Shown here one piece after another: positions 50,682-61,206 of a stretch of DNA of 64,000 nucleotides. Origin of the DNA: Azolla caroliniana (Eukaryota > Plantae > Polypodiophyta). The position numbers and the translations under genes were made by a program. Where the stretch lies: assembly GCA_043228905.1 (NCBI GenBank), contig JBHGNT010000015.1:10726001-10790000 (forward strand). The letters run 5' to 3'. Numbering within the stretch: position 1 is the stretch's first letter; the number at the start of each line of letters is the position of its first letter. The notes below the pieces were generated by a model. That model had not been told where the DNA came from. It saw only the letters and a list, made by a program, of their open reading frames with translations, and did not search any database.

Positions 50682-51124
50682 CACAGTTACGCGCTCTCTC
50701 TCTTTCCTTGCACCAACAAGAATGACAACAACAGTAAATAAAAGTTTGCCCTAAGTCATATTTATACTAATATGACTTTTCGGCTATTTACAAATATAGC
50801 CTCGATGGACTCTCAGAAACATATTTACGAATATGTCTCTTCATCTGGTTTCGGCATTCCTCACCGGGTCTGCGCCATCCGGCTCTCCGTAGCCGGGTAC
50901 TCCTCATCCGGTTCTCACCGGGTCTACGCCATCCGGCTCTCCGTAGCCAGGTACTCCTCATCCGGTTCTCACCGGGTCTGCGTCATCCGGCTCTCCGTAG
51001 CCGGGTACTCCTCATCCGGTTCTCACCGGGTCTGCGTCATCCGGCTCTCCGTAGCCGGGTACTCCTCATCCGGTTTTGGCACTGTCCTTCTCTCTTCCCA
51101 TCCGGAGGGACATGTCTCCCAATA
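47657..51124 (-). mobile_element. Copia B4 (5' LTR, gag-PR-INT, start of RT), fused to the B3 5' LTR
   Basis: LTR 50377-51124 with PBS at ~50363-50374. 522-aa ORF 48851-50419 (gag, CFYCSKPGHFQKNC, PR, GAG-pre-INT) and ORF 47642-48634 (INT to RT start). Confidence 0.92.
50875..51075. repeat. 54-bp tandem repeat (about 4 units) in the B4 LTR
   Basis: GGCTCTCCGTAGCC occurs at 50881, 50935, 50989 and 51043. Confidence 0.9.
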
Positions 51125-54100
51125 AAATCATGATTCCGGCCAAAGTCCGAATTACCTCGATGTCGAAGAAGTAGTGGAGTTCCTTCATGTCTGTCATCTC
51201 GAACTTGTCGGAAAGGAGGGATTTGACCCTCCAATGACTAGGTCATCCACATATAAGATAATGACGATCGGACTTGCGGAATCGCTTCGTATGTAGAGGG
51301 AGTTGTCCGATTTTGACATACGGAAGCCGATTTGATGAAGATATTGCGTTATCTTCGAATGCCAATCACGTGGTGCTTGCTTGAGGCCGTAGAGTGGCTT
51401 CTGGACGCGGCAGACAGCTCTCGGATGGGTGCTCGAGTTGAAGTCGGGTGGTTGTATCATATACACCTCCTCTTCTAATTCGCCTTGTAGAAAGGCATTC
51501 TTGACGTCCATTTAATGGAGGTGCCACCCTTTCGCCACGGCGAGCGCAATTACGGTCCATACCGTTGTCATCTTTGCCACTGGGGCAAAGGTCTCCTCGT
51601 AGTCAACTCTGTGCGTTTGGGCGTAGCCTTTTGCTAGGAGTCGCGCTTTGTAGCGGTTGACGGAACCGTCGGCGTTGTACTTCACTTTGTAAATCCATCT
51701 ACATCCGATCGCCTTTTTGTGTGGTGAGGTGGGAACGAGATCCCACTTCTCATTCTTGTGTAGTGCATGCATCTCCTCATTCATGGCTTCGATCCATCGC
51801 GGATCCTTGGCTGCTTCGGAAAATGTTTCTGGCTTGCGTACTGTCGCCACCTTCATCATAAAGACATAGTGATGCCATGTAGTCGTTGTAGCCGAATCGG
51901 CTGACCGGATTCTTTTCATGGGTGGAGCGACGAAACTTTTCATTTGCAGAGATGAGGGCTTTCTTAGCTCTGATTGGTACATTGAAGCCGCAAACTCACT
52001 GTTGAGTGAGTGAATCGATTCATCATCTTCGAAGCGATCGTCTGCGTATTCCGCCATTTTCGCCTTGCCTTTGTCCATTTGCGGGCTGGGCTATGATGTG
52101 CTTTGATCAGTCAAATGCTCTTGTGGTCCGCTCAGTCAGGTCGTGAGCGGACTTTCTTCGAACATGCGCGTAAGGTGATCTTCATCCTCTATCTCTTGTT
52201 CGGCGGATTCCAGGTCGAGCGGAGTCGGAGTCGAAGTTCTCTCTGGTGCGTACCAGGATGCGAACTAGTCAAAAACGACGTCTCGACTTACTCAAGATTT
52301 TCGAGTTGAGGGGTTGTAGCACTTGTACCCCTTTTGTTCCAGTGAGTATCCTACGAGGATACATTTCTCCGACTTTGGGTCAAGCTTTTGACGCTTCTCG
52401 TCGGGGATGTGCACGTACGCTATCGCGCTGAATATCCGGGTGTGCGATAAGTTCGGCTTCTTTCCGAAGTATTTTTCGTGCGGAGTTACCTCATGCACGC
52501 CGGATGTTGTGCACCGGTTCATTAGGTAGACCGCCATATTTGCAGCTTCAGTCCAATATGACTTGGGCATATGCTTCTCGTTCATCATGGCCTGCGCTAC
52601 TTCAAGGATATGCTGATTTTTGCGCTCGACTACTCCGTTTTGTTGCGGAGTGTGTCGGCAAGTGAATTCTCGTCGAATTCCTTCCTTTCAGAGATACGCC
52701 GTTAAATCGTCCGAGAAATACTCCTTGCCGCCACCCCATCAAAGACAAAATACATGTTGGCTCGTGGCTTTCTTGACTTCATTCTTGAATGTTTGGAAGT
52801 GTCCGAACACTTCGCTCTTCTGCCGCATCGGGTAGATCCAAGTGTGCCTGGAGAAGTCGTCGATGAAGAGCACGTAATATCGGCATCCGCCGAATGTAGC
52901 CGTCTGCACCGGTCCCCATACGTCGGAATGGACTACGTCAAGTAGACCTTTGCTCATGTTCCGCTCTTTCAGGAATGGGTGTCAGTGTTGCTTGCCGAAT
53001 TGGCATGCTTCGCATACACCTTCAATCTCCTTCTCTTCGAATGTCAGGAATCCGATGACGAATCCTTTCGATTTCATTGCTTTGAGTTTGTTGAGATTGA
53101 TGTGGCCGATTCGCTTGTGCCACAACTCTATGTCGGAGTCGGCTTTCATGCCCTTTGCAAACATGGCCAATTTCATCTCGTGTGAGTCGAGAATGTACAT
53201 TCGGCCCTCTCTTCGTCCACGTGCGATGAGTCGGCCCTCTTTTTCGATGAAGCAACCACCTTGATTAAATCGAACTTGCATCCCTTGCTCTACAATTTGG
53301 CCGACGGAGACCAAATTCTTCGTAATGGTCGGTACATGCAAGACATTTTTAATGTAATTTTGCTTGCCTTCTTTTCCGAACGGAACATTGCCGATGTGCC
53401 GAATCGGGTGCGTGGTGTCATCTCCGGTTTCGACATAAGCAGGTCGTACCGGCTCTCGTAGTTTGAGAAACCATTCTTTATGGGATGTCATAAGGTTCGA
53501 GGCGCCGGAATCGACGAACCATACGTCTTCCGGACCGGAGGCACTAGTTGAGGTAGAGGCCGACATAGAGTTTGTTCTATGTTTCATCATGAACATTCCA
53601 CCACGGTTGGAGTTGTGTGCATACATTCCGCCATGATCTTCGTAGTCGGAATTGTGTGTGTAATTCATGAGTTGTCGGCTTGTGGAAGCCGATTCGCGCA
53701 TCTTCTTTCGGCACTCTTCTTCGTGGTGACCGAGCTTTCTGCAATATCCGCATTCGGCTTAGGCCGGAGTGGAAGCTCCCCCTTCTTGTGAAGGTTCCTC
53801 ATTGGCTTCCGTTTTGCGGCCGAAATTGGGAGTTGTTATCGTAGGTCGGACCTCGTCCGCCTTGTCCTTGGCCGAATTGTTGGGAATCAACGCTTGGATT
53901 CACCTTCACAACTCGGCCACAACCGATTAATCGCGGATCAATGTAGCAGAAAATAGGAAATACAGAGAAAGACGCGATACACAGGGATTAACGTGGAAAA
54001 CCCTATACGGGAAAAACCACGGGAGTGCGAGACTCCGAACCAAACTATGCACAGAGAAATATACAATGGCGAGCTCCAAGGCGACGACCTTGAGCTCGCT

Positions 54101-55687
54101 GTCCTCGCCACAGGCGGCGGAAATACACAGAGGCGTCTACCTCTTTCTCTCTCTCGCGCTCTCTCTCTTTCTCTCTCTCACGGCTGCTCTCTCTTCACTC
54201 CTCTAAAGTGGAAAAACAGAAAAATGAGAAGCAACAGAAAAACTGTTAGCCCTAAGTCATATTTATACTTATATGACTTTGGGCTATTTACAACTATAGC
54301 CTCAGGGGGCTCGTAGCGAACATATTCACGGATATGTCCCTGCATCCGGATCGCTCTCCGGGTACATTCGTCATCCGGCACCGAAGCCGGGGTCTTCGTC
54401 ATCCGGATCCGAAACCGAAACCGGGCTTGTCGGCATTCATCTCCGATATCCGACCATCCCATCCGAAAGGGACCGAAATCCCAACACGAATCGGCCTCTC
54501 GACTGTCCGCGTCGTCTTCCTCCGTTCGAGTGCGTGTAGAGCATGTGGCCTTCCGACTCATTTCTCCTTGTACGCACGTGGTTTTCTTCGACCAATAGCA
54601 TTGATTGGAGCTCGAAGAAGGAGGGATATTTCTCCTGTGCTAGAACGGTGGTTTGCATCGCACCGAACCGTAATGCGAGGCCCCCGAGGCATATTTGAAC
54701 CATCTCATCATCATCGATATTTACGCTTATTGAGCCGAGCGAATCGCAAAGGTCCTTGATCTTCGAGGTGTATGTCATGATGGACATGTCCCTTTGTTGA
54801 ATGTTGTTCAACTCTTGGCGGAGTTGAAGCCTTCTTGTAGTTGTGTTCACCGCGAAAATCTTTCGTAGATTTTCCCATGCCTCCTTCGGCGTCTTGGCTT
54901 TGGGAGTGTAGCCGAGCATGTGATCGTAAACACATGTTGCCAGGCAATACATCATGAGGCTTGCGGCTTGCTCCCATGTCGTGTATCCGGAAGCCGCTTC
55001 GGCAGGTCTGTCTTCATGCGCTCCTTTGATGTAGCTCCAATAGCCTTGTCTGACAAGGTATTGGTGCATCTTGTACTCCCAAGATGTGAAGTTGTTTCGA
55101 TCCAACTTCTCGGTAGGGAGAGCGCTCCCCATTTGAGTATTCATTATGTCGATTCATCATCATCTTCTTCTTCTTCTCTCTTCGAATGCGATCTAGGTAG
55201 AGAAGCTATGATAGCGATGAGCCGGTTCTTGGTCGTCGGCGTAGAGCACAACACACGATCACGATGAGGAGAATGGGCTAGATCGAGCTACCAAATCGCT
55301 CTGATACCATGTAAAGAATCAAGAGATGGATTCTTGTGAAGCGGAAGAGATATGAGTTATGTGTGTGTATGAGAGAGAGAGAGAGAGAGTGAGAGAGAAA
55401 AGGAATAAGACACAGAGAATATGCAAGGTAAAAGTATATTAACAAAGGAGAAAGACTTAACTCAATACAAGATGGGAGGAGGGTTCTTTATATAGTCACC
55501 CTCTCTCTTCATTAACTATAAGACTCATGGAGCATGGGGAATGTGAAAGCTCATATGTTATGTGTCATAGAATACTAAATGCTAGAATACAAAGAGGTGA
55601 CATAATGGTGACTCTTGACCGTTGGAGTGTCTATTCACTCTCAAGGTGAGTTCACACACTAGACCAAGTTGAGCTTGATTCTCAACA
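51125..55687 (-). mobile_element. Copia E (C/D/E lineage, RT-bearing), truncated within RT by the B stack
   Basis: 5' LTR 55310-55687 and PBS 55297-55309. gag MNTQMGSALPTEKLDRNNF; PR WFVDSGASN; INT VHSDVWGP; RT MDVKNAFLQG and ILYVDDLVI. Confidence 0.9.
53878..54486 (-). mobile_element. Solo LTR (B-related) with 5-bp TSD CGAAT, inside the gag of Copia E
   Basis: TGTTGGGA...TCCCAACA ends and CGAAT on both sides. Shares CCTAAGTCATATTTATACT and GGAAAAACCACGGGAG blocks with B LTRs. Confidence 0.92.
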
Positions 55688-55730
55688 AAATCGAACAAAT
55701 AGGAAAATGGAAAAGGTGGCCTTTATGTAC

Positions 55731-56324
55731 CTGTTTCGTCTTTAGAATGTTTTCTCTTATTTCGACTTGTTGCTCCTCTTCCACGAACTCCAAGAAATCA
55801 AGTTCTTCATCATCAGATCAGGCTTAGCTCGTTTCTGGTACTTCTTATGTTCCAGTTTGGACTTCAGTGTCTCAGCTTTAGTGATCATAAGCTCCCCGGT
55901 AACATAAGGGTGGAGTGCAACAATCAAATTATTATTTTTTTGTAAGTCTTTCCGTAAAATTTTGGGGTGGCAACAGTCAACCACTAAGTTGCCTTCATAG
56001 ACTAGAACACGTCAATTCCCACCCGAGCTTTCCACATCCAAGAGAAGACTGTTGGAATCATTATCTTCATATTCAAGTTTTTAAAGCTTCCCATATGTGA
56101 TAGTCATGCCTCGCTCAAGTTTGCCTTTCCCTTTGCTCTCCTCAAAAATAAGGAGCAGTATGTCGTCTTCCTCAACATAAACTAAGGCTCCATTCTAATT
56201 CCACGTAGTTTTTCAATTTTTGTTCTCCAGGCCTTTCGTCGACCTATCTATTGGTGTTACCTACTGATGACTTTGAGGTCGCCTCAGCACTAGATTCGAA
56301 GAGAGTTCTACGTGATTTGTCCAT
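55731..56324 (-). pseudogene. Decayed coding exon of unknown function, possibly the 5' part of the methyltransferase-bearing gene
   Basis: About 200 codons with few stops or frameshifts from ATG 56324 (MDKSRRTLFES...VDCCHPKILRK...), ending at a CAG|GTACAT splice donor at 55731. Same strand as the MTase exons. Confidence 0.4.
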
Positions 56325-56947
56325 TGGTGGAGAATGGCTAGAGCCCCTCTGTATTGCTAACTTGATTCAACTTGAATGTTGGAACTTTCTGTCGTCACTT
56401 TTTCCCTAAAATAGATGATTTTTCCTTTTTAAGCTAAAACCTATTTCTCACAATATTATAGCTTTTTCTACCAAAATTCAATGCAGTACATCGGATTACA
56501 ATTGAAGGCACCAGGCTTTGAACGGAAATCCGTTGAAGTACACTGGATTTACGTTGCTAGCTTGGTGCTTAGAACTAAACATTTGGGCTTAGAAAAAAAA
56601 GAATCTTTTAGAATCTTTGTATTTGGATGAACATAACATACCTAGCAATTTTCTTTCCTTTGTTCATGTTGACTACTTGGCAACGTGTGTTGAAAAATGT
56701 GAAAATGGAGAGTGTTGATTTGTCTGTGCTCTTGAGCTCTTCAACTTCTTAAGCGTGATAATAACAATGAGGGGAAGACCTTTCCTTACATAGTAGAATA
56801 AAAAAATTAGTAAAAAACTAGAAAAAATACTTGATGAAAAATAGCTCAATTATATGGAGATATATATGGTGATTACCAAATATGTGGTTTATTTCTGAGG
56901 AACTCTACTACTTTTTAACCTTCCTGATCTTAACGAAAATAAACAAT

Positions 56948-57780
56948 ATGTCATCAACTTCTACTAGAATTTCCTTATTTTCTATAGACCCTTTTATATT
57001 ATCTAATAACTCCTTATTCTCAGTTGATGAGTACAACCATCTAGGTGTAGGAAACGACCAAAGTCAACGGTCAATTGATGATGTTATGCATAACTCAAAC
57101 TCATGTTTCTCGATCGAGCCTACCAACTCCTGTGGTTTCCAAATGAACAAATGATGTGCAAAAAGTGACAAGGTTGATACATTTAGTGATGAGGCTTGTG
57201 TAACTAAACCTCTCAATTTCAAACGAGTTCCTCAACAAGTGAGTGTCAAAAGATTTAACTTCTTGACCTTGGATTGTCAAATTGCAATCGTTACAAACAA
57301 ATCATGATGTGGAAGTCTATGTCTTTCTAAATTTGGCAAGACAAACGTAAGGCTATTACGAGAAAAGTACTTATCTCTTAATGGTGAAGAACAACATACT
57401 TTTTTTATTTCACATATGCAACTAATTTTAGATCACACATTAGTAGCTAATTTAACACATGTTGAATATTACCTTACATTTTGTACTAAATGTTGTCGAG
57501 TTGCTTTCAAAATTGCTTATATAGCATTGGTAATATGAGGTTACATCAAATTCAACAGCATCTACTAAAGGGATCATGGGTGCCTTTCGACAAGAATATA
57601 GTTGGATCTAAGGTTCTGATTGGGCGGCATGTTATTAGGTGGATGGAGATATATTTCTCAAAGCAATGTGATGTTATGCCTACAACGAGAAAATTACATT
57701 TATCTATTAACTTTACTTGTCATGGGGTATACCAAATATATAAGGATGACATGTTGCTAGAAAGTGTACCTTATGTGCAA
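56948..57780 (+). pseudogene. DNA-transposon transposase N-terminal relic (Sola-like), cut by Copia D2
   Basis: *CGSLCLSKFGKTNVRLLREKYLSLNGEEQHTFF...YYLTFCTKCCRVAFKIAY/SIGNMRLHQI...WMEIYFSKQCDVMPTTRKLHLS...VYQIY. This Cys-rich and W..YF...D.MP...HL pattern is the one I recall from Sola-type transposases; the catalytic region is absent. Confidence 0.5.
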
Positions 57781-60700
57781 TAACTGGAAGATTAAGTGAT
57801 ACGTGTGTGTATGTGTGTGAGAGGAAGAGAGAGAGGAAGTTAACACTTATGAACAACAACAAGATGGGGGATGAGTAACTATATTAAAAAGCATCATCAA
57901 ATACAAAAATACCCACAATGAGGTATATATAGATCTCATGTGCAAGGGTGCACATGTGTGAGGAGAATAAAGGTACAAGGGTGTAAGTCCTATATTAAAT
58001 GTATTAGGGAGTGGAGGATCTAGAATATCTCACTTCTAACTAGATTCTATCTAAGGTCATATTTAAGGTGTTATAGTCAACACTTCTAACTAGATTCTAT
58101 CTAGGTAACTACGAAGTTACATGGTTGACTAAATAACTAAACTAAGTTGAGCTTAATCTCTCAACACGCCCCCTCAAGCTCAAGTGTGAGTCATCTGACA
58201 TCTGGTTTTCGATGTCGGCTTCTGTGCGGCTTTCGACGTCGGCATTTTCGTGGTAATTTTGGTTCCTTCCCCTCAAGCCTGTGACGAAGGCTTGGGTCGA
58301 CTGCTTTCACCCATCGAGGGTTACGAGCCACTTCAGTAGAGCTCTCGTGCTCTTCTTCAATTACTACCTTCATCGCGAAGGCATAATGATGGGCCATGTA
58401 CTCATTGTAGCCGAGTCGAGCGAGGGGATTCTTCTCTCTAGAAGAACATCGAAGTTTTTTGCTCACCAATATGAGCGCCTTCTTTACTCCGGGTGCCCGC
58501 ATGATGGGTACACCAAACTAATTGTCTAGTACGGGAGCCGACACATCTGAATCACTATCGTCTGGGTGATCGACGTCGTATTCGGGCATCTTACCTTTGC
58601 CTTTGTCCAAGTTCGGACTTGGCCGCAACGTGTTTGGAAGGCTTGAAGGCTCATGTTGTCCACTTAGCTCGGTAGAGCTTGGACGGTTTGTTGGTGAAGG
58701 GCTTGACCAAATATCATCCTCCAAGTTGACGTTCAACTCTTCCTCGGTCGGGTCGGGTGGAGCTGAAACGGGCTTATACCATGATGCCGATTTGTCAAAG
58801 ACTACGTCTCGATTCACCCAAACCGCTCAAGTCAAATGGTTATAGCACTTGTATGCCTTCTTCTCGAATGAGTATCCTAGGAGGATACATTTCTCTGACA
58901 TTGCGTCGGGCTTCTGTCGGTTTTCGTTCGGGATGCGTACATTCGCAATGCTTCCGAACACCTTGAGGTGTGACAAGATCCGCTTCCTTCCAACAAGGAG
59001 CTCGTAGGGAGTTAGCTCATGCACTCCACTAGTGGTGCATTGGTTCATGAGATAGACGTTCGTGGATGCCGCTTCGGCCCAATAGAAGTTCGGTATGTGC
59101 TTCTCATGCATCATGGCATGTGCTACCTGAATTATTTGTCAATTCTTCCTTTCGACGACTCCATTTTGTTGGGGTGTGTGTCGGCATGAGAATTCTCTCC
59201 GAATGCCTTCACCTTTGAGGTAGGTAGTGAATTCATAGGAGGAGTACTCCTTGCCTTCATCCGATTGTAGGGATCGAATGTGCCGACCAATTTCTTTTTC
59301 GACTTGGCCCTTGAGCTTTTGGAAGTGGGAGAGCACTTCACTCTTCTTCTTCATCGGGAAGATCCACGTGTAGCAAGAATAGTCGTCGATGAAGGTGACG
59401 TAGTATCGACATCCTCCGATCGTCGGCATTTGAACCGGTCCCCATACATCCAAGTGTATTACATCGAGGAGGCCTTCTCTTGCATAGCTCTCCTTCAAGA
59501 ATGGGAGTCAATGTTGTTTGCCGAGTTGACACGCTTCACATACTCAGTCGACTCGTTTTGACTCGAATGTCGGAAATCCGATGACAACTCCCTTGGTTTT
59601 CATCGCTCAAAGCTGTTACAGGTTTATGTGACCGATTCTCTTGTGCCACAACTCGATGCTTGTCTCGGTTTTGAGACCTTTGGCATACATGGCCGATTTC
59701 AGCTCGTTCGAATCGAGGATGAACATTCAACCATCTCTCCGTCCTTTAGCTATGAGTTGACCATCTTTTCCGATGAAGCAACCTTCGTTGTTGAAACGAA
59801 CTTGCATGCCTTGCTCCACGATTTGGCCGACTGAGACCAAATTCTTTGTTATAGTGGGCACATGCAAGACATCCTTGATGCAAGTTTTCTCGCCTTCTTT
59901 CCCGAATGGGACATTGCTGATGTGCTGAATCGGATGTGTGGTGTTGTCTCCTGTCTCTATGAAGCCAGGTTGATCTGACGTTGTCGTAGTGTAATTTGCA
60001 TACTATGTGAAAAATTACATTTTTGATCTCTCTGGATAGGACATGGAGTACCCGGTGAGAACAGGAAGAAGGAACCGGTAAGGACCGAAACCGGTAAGGA
60101 GACCCAGCAAGAGCCGGAGGAAGAAGGCCGGTGAGAAACGGATGAAGAGATCGGTAAAGAGGTCCCGGTAAGAACCGGAAAGAGCCGGATGAAGAAGGCC
60201 AGTGAGAGTCTCTCACCGGATGAAGAGACATATTTGTAAATAGAAGAAAGTATAAAATATATATATATTACATGCATAGGGCAAGATTCGAACCTTGCAC
60301 CTCCATGTTAATAATGTTAAGCCTTATCATTATACTAGGGTATTATGAATTTTAAAGTTATACTAAACTTTATCCCATGTAAAATTTGTAGACATGCATG
60401 GTACAAAAAGTTATTCATGCATAAACACTCGAGTTAAAAGAAAAGATGAGATAGAAAGCTAATCATGCACATGCAGTGTGCATGAAAACTAAAAATAGGA
60501 GAATCATGATGCTTGCATGGGATAAACTTAGACTCTTCCAACACTATATAAGGAAGAGAGAAAGATGTATAGAGGTTCTTGATTATTTTACAAGGGTTGA
60601 TTAATATAATATAATCGTGGGATCCACGAGTTTGCTAACTATTTTCCTCTCTTAATTTGAGTATTCACTAATACACTATACTCGTGGGATTCACGAGTTT

Positions 60701-61205
60701 TTCATATGTTTCTTTCTTACAATTTATTTCATATTCTTAATTGCCTTAGAATTTTCTTTCCTCCTAGTCCAAAACCCCAGCGGTTCCCACCCGCACGACA
60801 ACGTGCGCAAATCACTGAACCACTCTTGGTGTGACATCATATGATGTGAGGCGTCGGAGTCGATGAACCACACGTCTTCCAACTTGGAGGTGCTTGTGGA
60901 GTTGGAAGCCATCATAGAGTTCGCTCTATGTGTCATTACGAATAGACCACCACAGTCGTCGTATTTGAAGTTGTTGGCGTAGTTTGTGAATTGTCGGCTT
61001 GTTGAAGCTGACTCACTTCTCTTTTTCCGACACTCCTCTTCACAATGGCTGATTTTGCCTCAATAGTTGCAAGCAATGGGCCATGTTTTCCGACCTTGTT
61101 CAGCATGGAAGCTCCCCCGTCTTCCGAAGGTTCCTCGATGGCTTCCACATTGTTGTCGAAGGTTTGAGTTCCCTTCATGAGATGGGTCGAATTGACCTCT
61201 TCTAC
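57781..61205 (-). mobile_element. Copia D2: second RT/RH-less copy (3' LTR, INT, PR, part of gag)
   Basis: LTR 57781-58166 similar to 28422-28849, with adjacent PPT. INT is followed directly by PRWVKA|VDPSLRHRLEG, the same junction as in D1. The 5' end is replaced by Gypsy sequence. Confidence 0.88.
59982..60800 (+). mobile_element. Solo-LTR-like insertion (family X) with 4-bp TSD ACGT and an internal tRNA-like segment
   Basis: TGTCGTAG...GCACGACA ends and ACGT on both sides. TATA CTATATAAGG near 60545. tRNA-like A-box (60327-60337) and B-box GGTTCGAATCT (60284-60294) on the minus strand. Confidence 0.85.
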
Positions 61206-61206
61206 C

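Noticed and set aside
50875-51075. Regularly spaced repeats resembling a CRISPR array (also 42250-42490 and 37000-37210)
   Set aside because: Units are contiguous with no unique spacers, lie inside LTRs, and there are no cas genes; the context is eukaryotic.
51125-55692. AAATC after both 51124 and 55687 as a possible TSD
   Set aside because: The copy at 51125 is in-frame RT coding sequence of Copia E and no 3' LTR lies there, so the match is probably coincidental.
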